This document shows, piece by piece, positions 1-9,527 of a stretch of 64,000 nt of DNA; position 1 is the first letter of the stretch, and every line of letters begins with the position of its first letter. The stretch is from Candidatus Cloacimonadales bacterium (lineage in GTDB: Bacteria > Cloacimonadota > Cloacimonadia > Cloacimonadales > JAIOQZ01), in NCBI GenBank assembly GCA_963665815.1, contig OY762463.1:1376001-1440000 (forward strand), read 5' to 3'. The notes beneath the pieces were generated by a model. The model was given only the letters and a program-made list of their open reading frames with translations, made no database searches and was not told the DNA's origin. A program made the position numbers and the translations under genes.

Positions 1-474
1 GTAATATAATGCATCAAAAAAATTACTTAGACGATTATAAAACACACCTTTTTTAAAGAAAATCCGACATTGAGTCAGGTGATCAGTTGTGTTATCAATA
101 TTATTCTGCGCACTATCCAGATATATTTTTGATTTATCCAAATTATTCAGTTTAAGATAAAATTCTGCAATCTGAAGAGCTGTCTGTATAATGTTTTCAT
201 TGTTTTTCAGGCTTTCAGCAATATCATAAGCTTTTTTAAAGTCATCAAGATAGTCACTACATTTATTCCTGAATTTTAAAATACCTTTAAAGCTGTTTAT
301 GTAAAATTTTGCCTGTTGACTACGGTTTTCGTCAAGAAGCTTCTCAGCTTGAAGCAATATCTTATACTGATCTTCTATGTTACTGCTATCCTCCATACGA
401 TCAATTACAGATTTCAGATACTTATCTGAAGAAGCAACATTTTTCAAGTAATTATAGAAATAACTTTTGGGCAT
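1..474 (-). CDS. TPR-like helical protein, 5' part only (runs off window start)
   Basis: Not in the ORF track. Manual translation from ATG at 474 (2 bp after the kinase stop) is open to base 1: MPKSYFYNYLKNVASSDKYL...QIAEFYLKLNNLDKSKIYLDSA...FFKKGVFYNRLSNFFDALYY, with TPR-like periodicity. Confidence 0.7.
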   Translation of the reverse strand, partial: MPKSYFYNYLKNVASSDKYLKSVIDRMEDSSNIEDQYKILLQAEKLLDENRSQQAKFYINSFKGILKFRNKCSDYLDDFKKAYDIAESLKNNENIIQTALQIAEFYLKLNNLDKSKIYLDSAQNNIDNTTDHLTQCRIFFKKGVFYNRLSNFFDALYY

Positions 475-476
475 AA

Positions 477-2984
477 CTAAACCTCTTTATTTGTAACCGG
501 AATCTTTATGACTACAGAAGTACCTTTATCCGGTTCACTATCAACATCTATTGAACCATTATGTATTGAAACTAACTCTTTGCTCAGCATAAAGCCAAGT
601 CCTGATCCCTGTTCATTGTCTGTTCCTGTTCTCACTACATTATCATCAATCCTGTAAAGCTTTTCCACTTGCTCAGATGTCATTCCAATACCTGTATCAG
701 AAACTGATATCTTATGAATACCCTCTTCGCATACATAATCCACACTGATTTTCCCACCTTGTCGGGTGAACTTAACAGCATTAGTCATCATATTAAGAAA
801 AACTGTCTTCATCATGTTTCCATCAACCATAATCTGAATATCATCCGGTAATGCTATACTTAAGTCAATCCCCTTTCTTTCTGTCTGAATAAGGATCAAT
901 GGGGCAATCTCTTTAAAAATATCTGCAATGCCAATCAGTTCCGGGTTAAACTTAAATGAACCGGTCTGAGTTTTCGCCCATTGCAGAAGATTCTGCAATA
1001 AATTCAGAACATGACGAATTCCTTTATGAATCTGACCAACCATATTTGTGATTTTCTCTTTGTCGAATCTATCATAGTGTTTTTCTACCATTTCAGCAGA
1101 TAACAGCAGTACCCCAAGCGGATTTTTCAAATCGTGAGCAATTATTGAGAACAATCTATCTTTTGCAGCATTAAGCTCAATCAGATTTTTTTCTGAAGCT
1201 TTTAAAGCAATCTCCGTATTTCGTATCTCAGTAATATTCTGCAGAAGAACAATATCACCGGCATATTCTGACTTATGGTCTTCATAACAGGAAAGATGAA
1301 TCAGAAAATACTGTACACCATGATTTTTGCTAACATACTCTCCGGAAAAAATTCTATCATCTTTATCACATCCTGCAGCATATTCGTAACCTAACATTGA
1401 TAAAATATCACTTGTTGTCATATCTCCTGCATCACCAGATGAAATTCCCAACAATTCATTTAACCTGCTATTGCTTCCAATTATCCTATGTTCCGAATTT
1501 GTATAAAACAGAGGATTAGCAACATTTTGCAGAATTCTTGTAAGGAGAGTATGCTTATCTTTAAGAATATCATTACTTAGTGTTATTTCTTCATTCTTAA
1601 AAGTTAATTCTTCTTTCTGATCAGTTATAAGAGCATTCTTCTCCAATAAATCCTGACTCAACAAGCTCTTAATCCTGTATCTACTGTAAGTGAGAAACAA
1701 AAGTAATAGTATCAGAAAGGCAATTACAAAAAAGAAAATAGTCCTTATTCTGATGGATCTCCTCTCATGCTCAAGTTCTTGTTCTTTTTTAGCAGTTTCA
1801 TATTGAACTTCCAGTTCGTTTATACTCCGTTCACTATCTCTGGTAAAAAGAGAATCCGAAAGCCTTATGTATTTGTCTCTGAACGTTACTGCTTTTTCGA
1901 GAGATTTCATTCTTTTTTTGTTTTCCTTATGCAGATGATAATGTTCGGATTTAACATCATAAAGATTACTCATTGCAGAATACAACTCAAGAATCTCATA
2001 TTGAAGATCAATCTCATTCATAACCTTCAATGCATCATACAACATAGATTCTGCTTTATTCAGGTATCTTTCATCATCCTCATTTTGTCCCTTTATCAGC
2101 AATAAAGCAGATATATTTTTTTTAAACATCGCAACAGATTCAATATCATTAAGTTTCATTGCTATTGCCAGTGCCATTGTATAATAATGAAATGCTTGCT
2201 CATGATCCTGCTCTGTACGATAAATTGCTGCCAGATTATTGTAGTTTGCTGCAACACCTTCAATATTATCAAGTGCTTTATCTATCTCCAGAGATTTTTC
2301 ATAGTATTTTTTTGCTGTATTCAAATCTCCGGAATCATGAGCAAAAATTCCAAGATTAGTATAAACACCAGACATGCCCATTTTATAATTGTGGTTTTCA
2401 AAGAATATTAAAGCTTGGTTAAAGTATCTTTTAGCCAGTTCAATTTTACTCAGTTCATAGTACATTGTTCCAATGTTTTGTAAGGATTCGCCTTCTGCGA
2501 TTTCATCTTCCAGCTGTTGAGCAATTTTTACAGATTTCTGGTAATACTCAAGTGCTGATTCATAATTTCCGAGATACTTATTTGCCAATCCCAGATTGTT
2601 AAATATCCTGTTCTTTTGTCTCAAGTTGTTTAACTTATCAGCATCTCCTAATGCATCAAGATAAATCTGCTCTGATCTTCGAAACTGAGACAGTCGCAAA
2701 TACGCATTCCCAAGCAGTATTTTAATATCCAGAACATCTTCATTATCTCGTGTTCTTCGTGCATCATCCAAAGCTGCTTTAATGTATTTCACAGCATCAG
2801 ACGGATTCTCATTTTTTATGTTCTCTGCTTTTTCCAGCATCTGTTTCCAGGATTCTTCCCTGGTCTTGTCGTTGTCTGCATGCAGAGGCAGCATCAACAG
2901 ATAGACTATGATTGATAAAAGTACCAGAGTCCTGTTTTTACACATGTTTTTCATCCTGATATATCTTGTTGTATATCTGTTCAA
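477..2984 (-). CDS. TPR-repeat membrane sensor histidine kinase with PAS-like domain
   Basis: Signal peptide, multiple TPRs (NNLGLANKYLGNYESALEYYQKS), one TM helix, H-box IIAHDLKNPL, N-box NMMTNAVKFT, DTGIG and GSGLG. The true start is probably a later Met (MKNM/MCKN). Confidence 0.9.
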   Translation of the reverse strand: MNRYTTRYIRMKNMCKNRTLVLLSIIVYLLMLPLHADNDKTREESWKQMLEKAENIKNENPSDAVKYIKAALDDARRTRDNEDVLDIKILLGNAYLRLSQFRRSEQIYLDALGDADKLNNLRQKNRIFNNLGLANKYLGNYESALEYYQKSVKIAQQLEDEIAEGESLQNIGTMYYELSKIELAKRYFNQALIFFENHNYKMGMSGVYTNLGIFAHDSGDLNTAKKYYEKSLEIDKALDNIEGVAANYNNLAAIYRTEQDHEQAFHYYTMALAIAMKLNDIESVAMFKKNISALLLIKGQNEDDERYLNKAESMLYDALKVMNEIDLQYEILELYSAMSNLYDVKSEHYHLHKENKKRMKSLEKAVTFRDKYIRLSDSLFTRDSERSINELEVQYETAKKEQELEHERRSIRIRTIFFFVIAFLILLLLFLTYSRYRIKSLLSQDLLEKNALITDQKEELTFKNEEITLSNDILKDKHTLLTRILQNVANPLFYTNSEHRIIGSNSRLNELLGISSGDAGDMTTSDILSMLGYEYAAGCDKDDRIFSGEYVSKNHGVQYFLIHLSCYEDHKSEYAGDIVLLQNITEIRNTEIALKASEKNLIELNAAKDRLFSIIAHDLKNPLGVLLLSAEMVEKHYDRFDKEKITNMVGQIHKGIRHVLNLLQNLLQWAKTQTGSFKFNPELIGIADIFKEIAPLILIQTERKGIDLSIALPDDIQIMVDGNMMKTVFLNMMTNAVKFTRQGGKISVDYVCEEGIHKISVSDTGIGMTSEQVEKLYRIDDNVVRTGTDNEQGSGLGFMLSKELVSIHNGSIDVDSEPDKGTSVVIKIPVTNKEV

Positions 2985-3807
2985 GAGTAATCTTGTTTTC
3001 AGAAATTGATAATGAATGATTGTTCTCCGATTTTATTTCATTCAGTAATTCTGTTAGAACTAACTCGTTTTCGACTTTCTTATTTATTGTCTTTCCATTA
3101 ATAACATAAGACACTTCAAAACTTTTGTACAGGCTATATTTTTTAAATAAATTACTAAGATTATCCGACTCTATTTTTTTCCCTTGCTTCATTATCGTTA
3201 CTTTTTCACAGACAGACTCAACTTCATGAAGATTATGTGAAGAAATAATAATGGTTTTTCCCATATCTTGTCGATAACTCTTCAGTATCCCGGAAACTTC
3301 TTTAACAATAACGGGATCAAGTCCGGCAAAAGGCTCATCAAGGAATATTATATCCGGATCATTCAGGAATGTAACAGCAATAAGAGTCTTCTTATACATC
3401 CCTGTAGACAGTTTCTTGATCTTTTTCTTCAAAAACTCTGATAAATCAAACAATTCGACCAGCTCTGAGATTTTATTTTTTCTGTTTTCAATTTTGAATA
3501 TTGATGAAAAGAAATCCAGAACATCTTTCACATTAAGATCTTCATATAGTTTCAGTTTTTCAGTAAGAAAACCAATTTTTCTCTTTTCAACTTTCTTGAT
3601 TGTAGACAGCTTCCTGCCTTTAAAAAGCACTTCACCACTCGAAAAGGGTATAACTCCGTTTGCAATCATAAAAGCTGTTGTTTTACCGGCTCCATTATGA
3701 CCGAGAAGTGCCTGAATTCTACCTTCTTCAATACTCCAGGAAAAATCATCCAGAGCATTTGTCTCTTTATACTTTTTTGTTACATTTCTGAATTCTATTA
3801 ATGACAT
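2938..3807 (-). CDS. ABC-2 type transporter ATP-binding protein
   Basis: Walker A GHNGAGKTT, signature LSTGM, Walker B FLDEP, SSH H-loop. Confidence 0.92.
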   Translation of the reverse strand: MSLIEFRNVTKKYKETNALDDFSWSIEEGRIQALLGHNGAGKTTAFMIANGVIPFSSGEVLFKGRKLSTIKKVEKRKIGFLTEKLKLYEDLNVKDVLDFFSSIFKIENRKNKISELVELFDLSEFLKKKIKKLSTGMYKKTLIAVTFLNDPDIIFLDEPFAGLDPVIVKEVSGILKSYRQDMGKTIIISSHNLHEVESVCEKVTIMKQGKKIESDNLSNLFKKYSLYKSFEVSYVINGKTINKKVENELVLTELLNEIKSENNHSLSISENKITLEQIYNKIYQDEKHV

Positions 3808-3846
3808 ATATATCCTGCTTGATATTTAATTTGGGGGTTTGACAAC

Positions 3847-4851
3847 TTACATTGACTTGATTATTGTCCTTTTCATAAGAATCAAACTGAGGAAAAACAA
3901 CACAACTGTCAAAATACCGATCATAATTACAAGATTTATGGAGACATCATTTCTGATAATTTGTTCTACTAATTCTGTAATAAGAATCAAAGGATCAAGC
4001 TTGAGAATGAACTCCACAACAGAGTTAAGAGATTCCTTTATAACTGAATAAAATATAGTCGGGAACCATAGCAGCATTGGCAGATATCCCTTTATCATTT
4101 CGTTCGCAGTAACTGATGCGAAAAACAATCCGACCATTGCTGTTGGAATTACAACAACCGGTAGATAGATTAACAATGAAAAACTGAATGTAAGCATACC
4201 TGTTGCAATCGCAAGAGAATAGAATAACCCGAATGAAACAATTTGAATCAACAGAACACATACGAGCTTGCTTAACAAAAGCTCAGCTTTGGATATTCCT
4301 GATTTAAGCACAAGCAGAATGTTGTGTTTCTGAATCTCATGATGCAGCATTGATGTCCCGTAGTTCATTGATGAAAGCAATAAAAGGAAGTTAAGTACAA
4401 TAGTCAACAAAGCATAGTTCATACTGAATTTTTTCTTCAACGTAAACCTTTTCTCAGTAATCGGATAAAATTTATCTTTCAACAGAGCATATATTAACCC
4501 GGACTTCTCCTTGTTCGTATTCAAATAGACAACCTTCTCTTCTCCATCCATGTAATAGATTATTGGTAACTTCCCTTTTTCAAACTCCATAAGAAGAGAA
4601 TCTCTTCTCACATACTCAATATTGAGAGGAATTGGAGATTCAAGATATTCAAGAGTGATTTCATCTTTACCACCGAATTCTTGTGATAGTTCTTTCTGAA
4701 CATGAAGTTTGAGATTGTCTCCAGATGAATTCATCATAAAATTGAACAGAAACAAGTACAGAATTGGTATCCCAAGTGAAAATATCAGGACAACAGGATT
4801 CTTGTAGAGAATTTTAATGTCCTTAACTATCAACGCTATGTATTTACTCAT
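3847..4851 (-). CDS. ABC-2 type transporter permease
   Basis: N-terminal TM, extracytoplasmic loop and about 5 C-terminal TMs; adjacent to the ATPase gene. Confidence 0.8.
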   Translation of the reverse strand: MSKYIALIVKDIKILYKNPVVLIFSLGIPILYLFLFNFMMNSSGDNLKLHVQKELSQEFGGKDEITLEYLESPIPLNIEYVRRDSLLMEFEKGKLPIIYYMDGEEKVVYLNTNKEKSGLIYALLKDKFYPITEKRFTLKKKFSMNYALLTIVLNFLLLLSSMNYGTSMLHHEIQKHNILLVLKSGISKAELLLSKLVCVLLIQIVSFGLFYSLAIATGMLTFSFSLLIYLPVVVIPTAMVGLFFASVTANEMIKGYLPMLLWFPTIFYSVIKESLNSVVEFILKLDPLILITELVEQIIRNDVSINLVIMIGILTVVLFFLSLILMKRTIIKSM

Positions 4852-4911
4852 TATTCAACCTAAAAAAAAATAATGATTTAAAAATCCAGTTACCTATTGA
4901 TAAGTCAAGGA

Positions 4912-5322
4912 ATTTAGGAACTCAATTTGGCATCCCCCGTTTTTTCTTGAAAATCTGACTTCAAGAAAATTGGAAGGATTTTTAGCAGACATTTCTTAGA
5001 AAAATGCACTCTTCATTTTCTTTGGTGCCAAAGAAAACGAAACAAAAGAAAGGCACTCTTTTTAAAATGTATTTCCAGTAAACTGGAACCATAAATTTTT
5101 CCTAAAATCCTTCCAAGGCTTCAGGATTTCTTAACGGTTAAATTTATTATACAGTAAAAAAGAGAAATTGCTATCATCAATGCAAAACAATCATACTTAG
5201 TTCAAAGCTATTACATTGATTCATATTTTCCACTGATTTACTGTTTCAATACTTTTATTTATAATAAGTTATACATACATTGTATTTGGGTTTCGGGGGG
5301 ATGCATGATTTAGGAACTCAAT
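4912..5322. mobile_element. Non-coding structured insertion (MITE-like or ncRNA) with 15 bp flanking direct repeats and short terminal inverted repeats
   Basis: ATTTAGGAACTCAAT occurs at 4912-4926 and 5308-5322. Exactly 3 nt inside each copy lie GCATCCCCC (4930-4938) and GGGGGATGC (5296-5304). Several internal hairpins; no ORF. Confidence 0.6.
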
Positions 5323-5366
5323 AAGATTGCAACAAAAATTGTATAAATAACTTGTAAAATAAACAA

Positions 5367-5414
5367 AAACAGCATATCCAACTCTATATACTTAAAGAAC
5401 CGGATATGCCGTTT
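5367..5414 (-). terminator. Possible terminator downstream of the Cache protein gene
   Basis: AAACAGCATATCC...GGATATGCCGTTT inverted repeat with a long loop and an adjacent A-rich run. Confidence 0.4.
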
Positions 5415-5448
5415 AATTTTGCTAATGTGCAAAACTCTAACATATATT

Positions 5449-5937
5449 TCATTTTTTTAAAATTTTTTCTACATCTTCCTTTGTATAATCATATATACCA
5501 GCAGCTACAATGTAATCTGTACCAGGGACTTTTTTTACATAAGAAACTTTGTCAGATACTTCGTTTTCACCTGCTTTAGGCCACTCATATTGTACCCAGC
5601 CAGCACCTTCACCTATACCAACCTTCACCATTTCAATCGCCCAGTAATTACCGTTTCTGTCTTTTGTAGTTTTAACATCTAATCCGACAAGGGTCGAATT
5701 CATAGGATGTGCAGCAATTCTGAGCGTCTTAGTGTTTATTACAAATACGTATGAATCTTTCCAGACAAATTGCCCATTTTTATTATTAATTTCTGTTAAA
5801 GCGGCATCTCCCTTTTCTTCAATCAGTTTACTGGCTTCCTCACATTTCTTTATAAGTTCCTGTGGTGTTGCTTTTTCAGTAGAAGCTGCAAGTAAACCTA
5901 CAGAAAGCAGGATAACCAGAATAATCATATTTCTCAT
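5449..5937 (-). CDS. Stand-alone secreted single Cache domain protein
   Basis: Signal peptide followed by sCache_2 motifs (YVFV, AHP, D.NG, GWVQYEWPK, KVSYVK, AGIY). Start moved to MRNMII behind AGGAG. Confidence 0.85.
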   Translation of the reverse strand: MRNMIILVILLSVGLLAASTEKATPQELIKKCEEASKLIEEKGDAALTEINNKNGQFVWKDSYVFVINTKTLRIAAHPMNSTLVGLDVKTTKDRNGNYWAIEMVKVGIGEGAGWVQYEWPKAGENEVSDKVSYVKKVPGTDYIVAAGIYDYTKEDVEKILKK

Positions 5938-6118
5938 AAATAACTCCTTTATTCTAAAAAATAATGTAATATTATGGCTAAACAAATAAAAAATTATACT
6001 GACTCATAAAGCATGTCTTAAATTTTGAATCATGACTCAGAATGGATTAATATAATCTGAAACTTGGATTTACGGTAATTTCTTGACATCTGAAAGCAAT
6101 AATGAAATTGATGCATTA

Positions 6119-6207
6119 TCGCCGAATAGTGTTACCTAAACATTTGCATGGAGCACTATCGATAGGGTTGTTCTGGAAACGGAACTGCCTCCCGTTTGGA
6201 AAGGCGA
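6119..6207 (+). ncRNA. Moco/Tuco (molybdenum/tungsten cofactor) riboswitch candidate, short form lacking P3
   Basis: P1 TCGCC(6119-23)/GGCGA(6203-07); P2 ATAGTGTT/AGCACTAT enclosing the CCTAA..ATGG tetraloop receptor; AGGGT junction; P4 GTTCTG-GAAA-CGGAAC; 3' hallmark GCCTCCCGTTTGGAAAGG, as in moaA leaders. TTGACA at 6083-6088. Confidence 0.85.
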
Positions 6208-6269
6208 GGAAGAAATAACGTACAATTCGTATCTTTCTTGCCTTCAAAAAAATATTTTTTGGAGGATTA

Positions 6270-8099
6270 ATGAAAAAATTAAATCTTTTACTTTTAACGG
6301 CGTTACTTATGTTTATGCTTGCAATAGGTGCATGCAGCGAAGACGACAATGATGATAACAATAATGATGTTGTTGTTGAACCGACTTTTACTTTTACTAT
6401 GCCTGACAGCTCAGAACTCGCAATAAGCTTTATAGCTTCAGTTGTTGATTATGACGGTACAGATGTAACAGGTTATTCACTTGATCAATTTATTCCGGAA
6501 GATCCTTACGATCTTGAAATCTCCAGAGCTGTTGGCGATGATATTTTTGATGATGATGTGAGAAATCTTTTTGTTTACGAACTGCTTGGCGAAGATGGTT
6601 TTACACCTTATGAAAACGGTGAAAAACATCTTGCCTGGGAAGTATTCAAAACAGGATACTTTCTTCCAACTGAAAAATCCAAGGCATTCTTTGCAGATGA
6701 AGAAATTGTTAAAGCATATAATGTGAGATACTTGGATAAGTTTAACCTTTACAGAGCTTTCAGAGTCTCTAAAATGGATATAGAAACAACATTCTTAACA
6801 GGTGCATATTCAAATTCAAATGTTTCTTTCACTGATAGAAAAGATAATGCCGTAACCTACGAAGGCTTTAAACTTGAAGATATGATTAATCCTGATGTAA
6901 CAACCACTCCTGAGAACTACACTTACTACGTTGGTGCTGTTGACGGCTGGATTAATGACGATACAAACAACACATTCACATGGGCACAAATGCAGAATGC
7001 TTATTTCTTCCCTGAAGAAAACAGAGTATGCTTCATTGAAAACGGTACAGAAGTTTTCAAACCTGTAAAAAGCCCATACTCCATTGAACTTACCGAAACA
7101 AACCCTCCAAGTATTGCTGCCCCAACAGATCTTACTGTAAACACAGATTCAGACATCGTTCTTTCATGGACTGATAACAGTGACAACGAAACAGGTTTCA
7201 CAATTGAAAGAAAATACGATTCCGAAGATGCTTTTGTAGCTGTTGACAGCGTAGATGCCAATGTAACAACCTATACTGATACTAATGCAGATTTTGCTCA
7301 GCAAATTAAATACAGAGTCGCTGCACACAATTCAGAAGAAATGTCCTACTATACTAATGAAGTTACTTTAGATGCTTCAGCTACTCCACCAGCTCTGGCG
7401 GACACGACTAAAATCGCTGTTCAATTTGAGCTTGATTTCACAGATTTGTCTTCTTACACTTCAGAAACAATCACTGTTGAAGGTGCAGATGTAACTGCTT
7501 ATAAACTTGACCAGTTTATTGATCAGTCTGAAGTAACAGCTCTCTACGGTGAAGACGGTGTAGACTGTAGAGCATTCTACTGTTACCATCTTGTCGCTGC
7601 TGACAGCTGGTCACCAAGAGACAAAGATAACAGAGACCTTACATGGGCTGAATTCAGTTCAGGTTACTGGCTTGAAGGTGATCAGAAAGCTTACTTCCCA
7701 TCAGAGGATATTTCAAGACAGTTTGATGTGGGAGATCTTAAATATGTTAATCTTTATAACACAATAAACATCTCTGATGCAGATGGTAACCTCATCACTC
7801 CATTTGAATACTTGGGAGCTGAAACACAAAGCATTACTTATATTCACCATGAAGAAGAATACACAGAAGATGCTGTTCCTTTGACATCAATCATTACATC
7901 TTACGTTACAACTGACCCTGCAAGCTATACTTACGATTTTGCAGCAGCAGACGGTTGGGAAACAGATCCTGTAACTTGGGAAAACATGCAGAAAGGTTAC
8001 TGGCTTGTTAATGCAAACAAAGCTGTATTCATTGATGCAGCCGGAAATCAGGTTATTACCGGAATCAAAAGCGTTGTAGGAATTCAGTTAATACAGTAA
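6270..8099 (+). CDS. Acidic lipoprotein with duplicated molybdopterin-binding-like domain pairs separated by an FN3 domain
   Basis: Lipobox AIGAC; FN3 motif LSWTDNSDNETGFTIERK; internal duplication (GYSLDQFI / AYKLDQFI) and four 'a-D-G/S-W/F...TW' units. Confidence 0.7.
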   Translation: MKKLNLLLLTALLMFMLAIGACSEDDNDDNNNDVVVEPTFTFTMPDSSELAISFIASVVDYDGTDVTGYSLDQFIPEDPYDLEISRAVGDDIFDDDVRNLFVYELLGEDGFTPYENGEKHLAWEVFKTGYFLPTEKSKAFFADEEIVKAYNVRYLDKFNLYRAFRVSKMDIETTFLTGAYSNSNVSFTDRKDNAVTYEGFKLEDMINPDVTTTPENYTYYVGAVDGWINDDTNNTFTWAQMQNAYFFPEENRVCFIENGTEVFKPVKSPYSIELTETNPPSIAAPTDLTVNTDSDIVLSWTDNSDNETGFTIERKYDSEDAFVAVDSVDANVTTYTDTNADFAQQIKYRVAAHNSEEMSYYTNEVTLDASATPPALADTTKIAVQFELDFTDLSSYTSETITVEGADVTAYKLDQFIDQSEVTALYGEDGVDCRAFYCYHLVAADSWSPRDKDNRDLTWAEFSSGYWLEGDQKAYFPSEDISRQFDVGDLKYVNLYNTINISDADGNLITPFEYLGAETQSITYIHHEEEYTEDAVPLTSIITSYVTTDPASYTYDFAAADGWETDPVTWENMQKGYWLVNANKAVFIDAAGNQVITGIKSVVGIQLIQ

Positions 8100-8100
8100 A

Positions 8101-8631
8101 ATGTTCAAAAAAAAACTCAAAACAATAGATATATTATATATTGCTGTTTTTGCAGCTTTAGGACTGGCGGTTAAACCAATCGTCAGTCCTCTTAACAAAC
8201 TGGTACCAATCCCCGGAGGTTCGCTTGCCGGTGGATTCTATATGATGTGGATGGCTATTGCCGTTGCTTGTGTCAAAAGATTCGGAACCGGATTGCTTTT
8301 CGGAGTAGTGCAAATGCTTGTTGTATTATCAATTGGCTTCTTCGGCAATCATGGATTAGTATCTTTGATCACATACACCCTCCCAGGACTGGTTATGGAC
8401 ATTGCAGGATTGTTCATGAAAACAGGAAAAAGTCCGGTTGAACAAGTTATTCTGTGCACAACAGGAAATATGACAGGTGCAGCAATCGTGGCATTTCTGG
8501 TTATGCGACTTGCAATGATACCTCTGATGATTTCACTTACCGCTGCTGCTGTTTCCGGAATAATTGGTGGACTGACATCATATTACATATTGAAACAACT
8601 ACAAAAATACGAACTTATGCAGGAATTATGA
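8101..8631 (+). CDS. ECF transporter substrate-specific S component
   Basis: 176 aa with about 6 TMs, N-terminal DILYIAVFAAL (AxxxA motif) and KRFGTG loop; lies in an operon with ecfA/A'/T. Confidence 0.85.
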   Translation: MFKKKLKTIDILYIAVFAALGLAVKPIVSPLNKLVPIPGGSLAGGFYMMWMAIAVACVKRFGTGLLFGVVQMLVVLSIGFFGNHGLVSLITYTLPGLVMDIAGLFMKTGKSPVEQVILCTTGNMTGAAIVAFLVMRLAMIPLMISLTAAAVSGIIGGLTSYYILKQLQKYELMQEL

Positions 8632-9527
8632 AAAAAATAATTATCTTATTAACTATAATGGCTGTTTTTATGAATATTGCCGCCTTAAAGGTAGGAAGCA
8701 AAGAATATTCTCTCGAAGCATTGAAAAAACTTGATCAGCAGAAAGTCAAAACAGAATATGAGAAAAGAGGTGAACTTAGAAAGAACACCTGGAGTGGCAT
8801 ACCTGTGAAACTTTTATTGAAAGAATCCGACATCTGGAAAGATAACTCTGAATTCGTGTTTCAGTCTGCTGACAACTATCTTGTAAGACTCAATTCGGAA
8901 GATCTACCATCTGACAAAGCAATAATCGCACTGACAAAAGATGGAGAAGAACTTGATGAAGAACATATCAGGCTTATTGTTAAGGACATGAGAGATATGT
9001 TCTGGATTCGTGGAATAGCAAAAATTTCAAGAACAGAACCCAATGAGATTCAATTACCGGAATATGTATTTAATGGAGAAAATTTCATTAAGATCTATAA
9101 TTTTGACAATGATCCCGGTAAGTTTAAAAACGATGAAGGCTATAAGCTTGCTGATTTTCTGAACAAAGCATTTCCATCAACTGAAGGTGAATTTACAATC
9201 TTCGGAAAAGATGGTGTTAATCACACACTGGATTTCGATCAATTTCTTAAAAATGCCCGAATCCTTAAAGATGAAAAGTCATTTTCACTCAAAAGTGAAG
9301 ATATGCCAGGTGGAATGTGGATTAAGAATCTGATATGCGTATTCCGAAACAATCGCGTTATATTCTTCACAACTAACTATGAAGAAGTAGAATCTGTATT
9401 TGCGAAAATCTTTGACAATAAGAAATTGGAATACAAAATCTATATGAATCTTGAAAACTCAGAAATCAATATTGATAAAGGTGAAGAAGCAGAATTATGG
9501 AAAAACGCTTTATTGTTCCGACAATAG
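8628..9527 (+). CDS. Secreted protein with two sulfite-oxidase-type molybdopterin-binding-like domains
   Basis: Start reassigned to MKKIII (ATGA overlap with the S-component stop). Motifs WSGIPVKLLL, FQSADNY, IIAL.KDGEEL, IRLIV, WIRGI; second copy GYKLADFL..GKDG..WIKNL. Confidence 0.7.
   Translation: MKKIIILLTIMAVFMNIAALKVGSKEYSLEALKKLDQQKVKTEYEKRGELRKNTWSGIPVKLLLKESDIWKDNSEFVFQSADNYLVRLNSEDLPSDKAIIALTKDGEELDEEHIRLIVKDMRDMFWIRGIAKISRTEPNEIQLPEYVFNGENFIKIYNFDNDPGKFKNDEGYKLADFLNKAFPSTEGEFTIFGKDGVNHTLDFDQFLKNARILKDEKSFSLKSEDMPGGMWIKNLICVFRNNRVIFFTTNYEEVESVFAKIFDNKKLEYKIYMNLENSEINIDKGEEAELWKNALLFRQ

Noticed and set aside
6090-6269. Cobalamin or TPP riboswitch ahead of the TonB/ECF operon
   Set aside because: No B12 box (GGGAA...GCCACTG) or TPP core (CTGAGA...ACCTG); the sequence instead fits the Moco motif.
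8454-8627. N-terminal extension of the 357 aa ORF (similarly the extended starts at 16885, 17564, 27451, 30918, 50604, 51951, 58942)
   Set aside because: They overlap neighbours or lack an RBS; downstream ATGs have an RBS, signal peptide or translational coupling.
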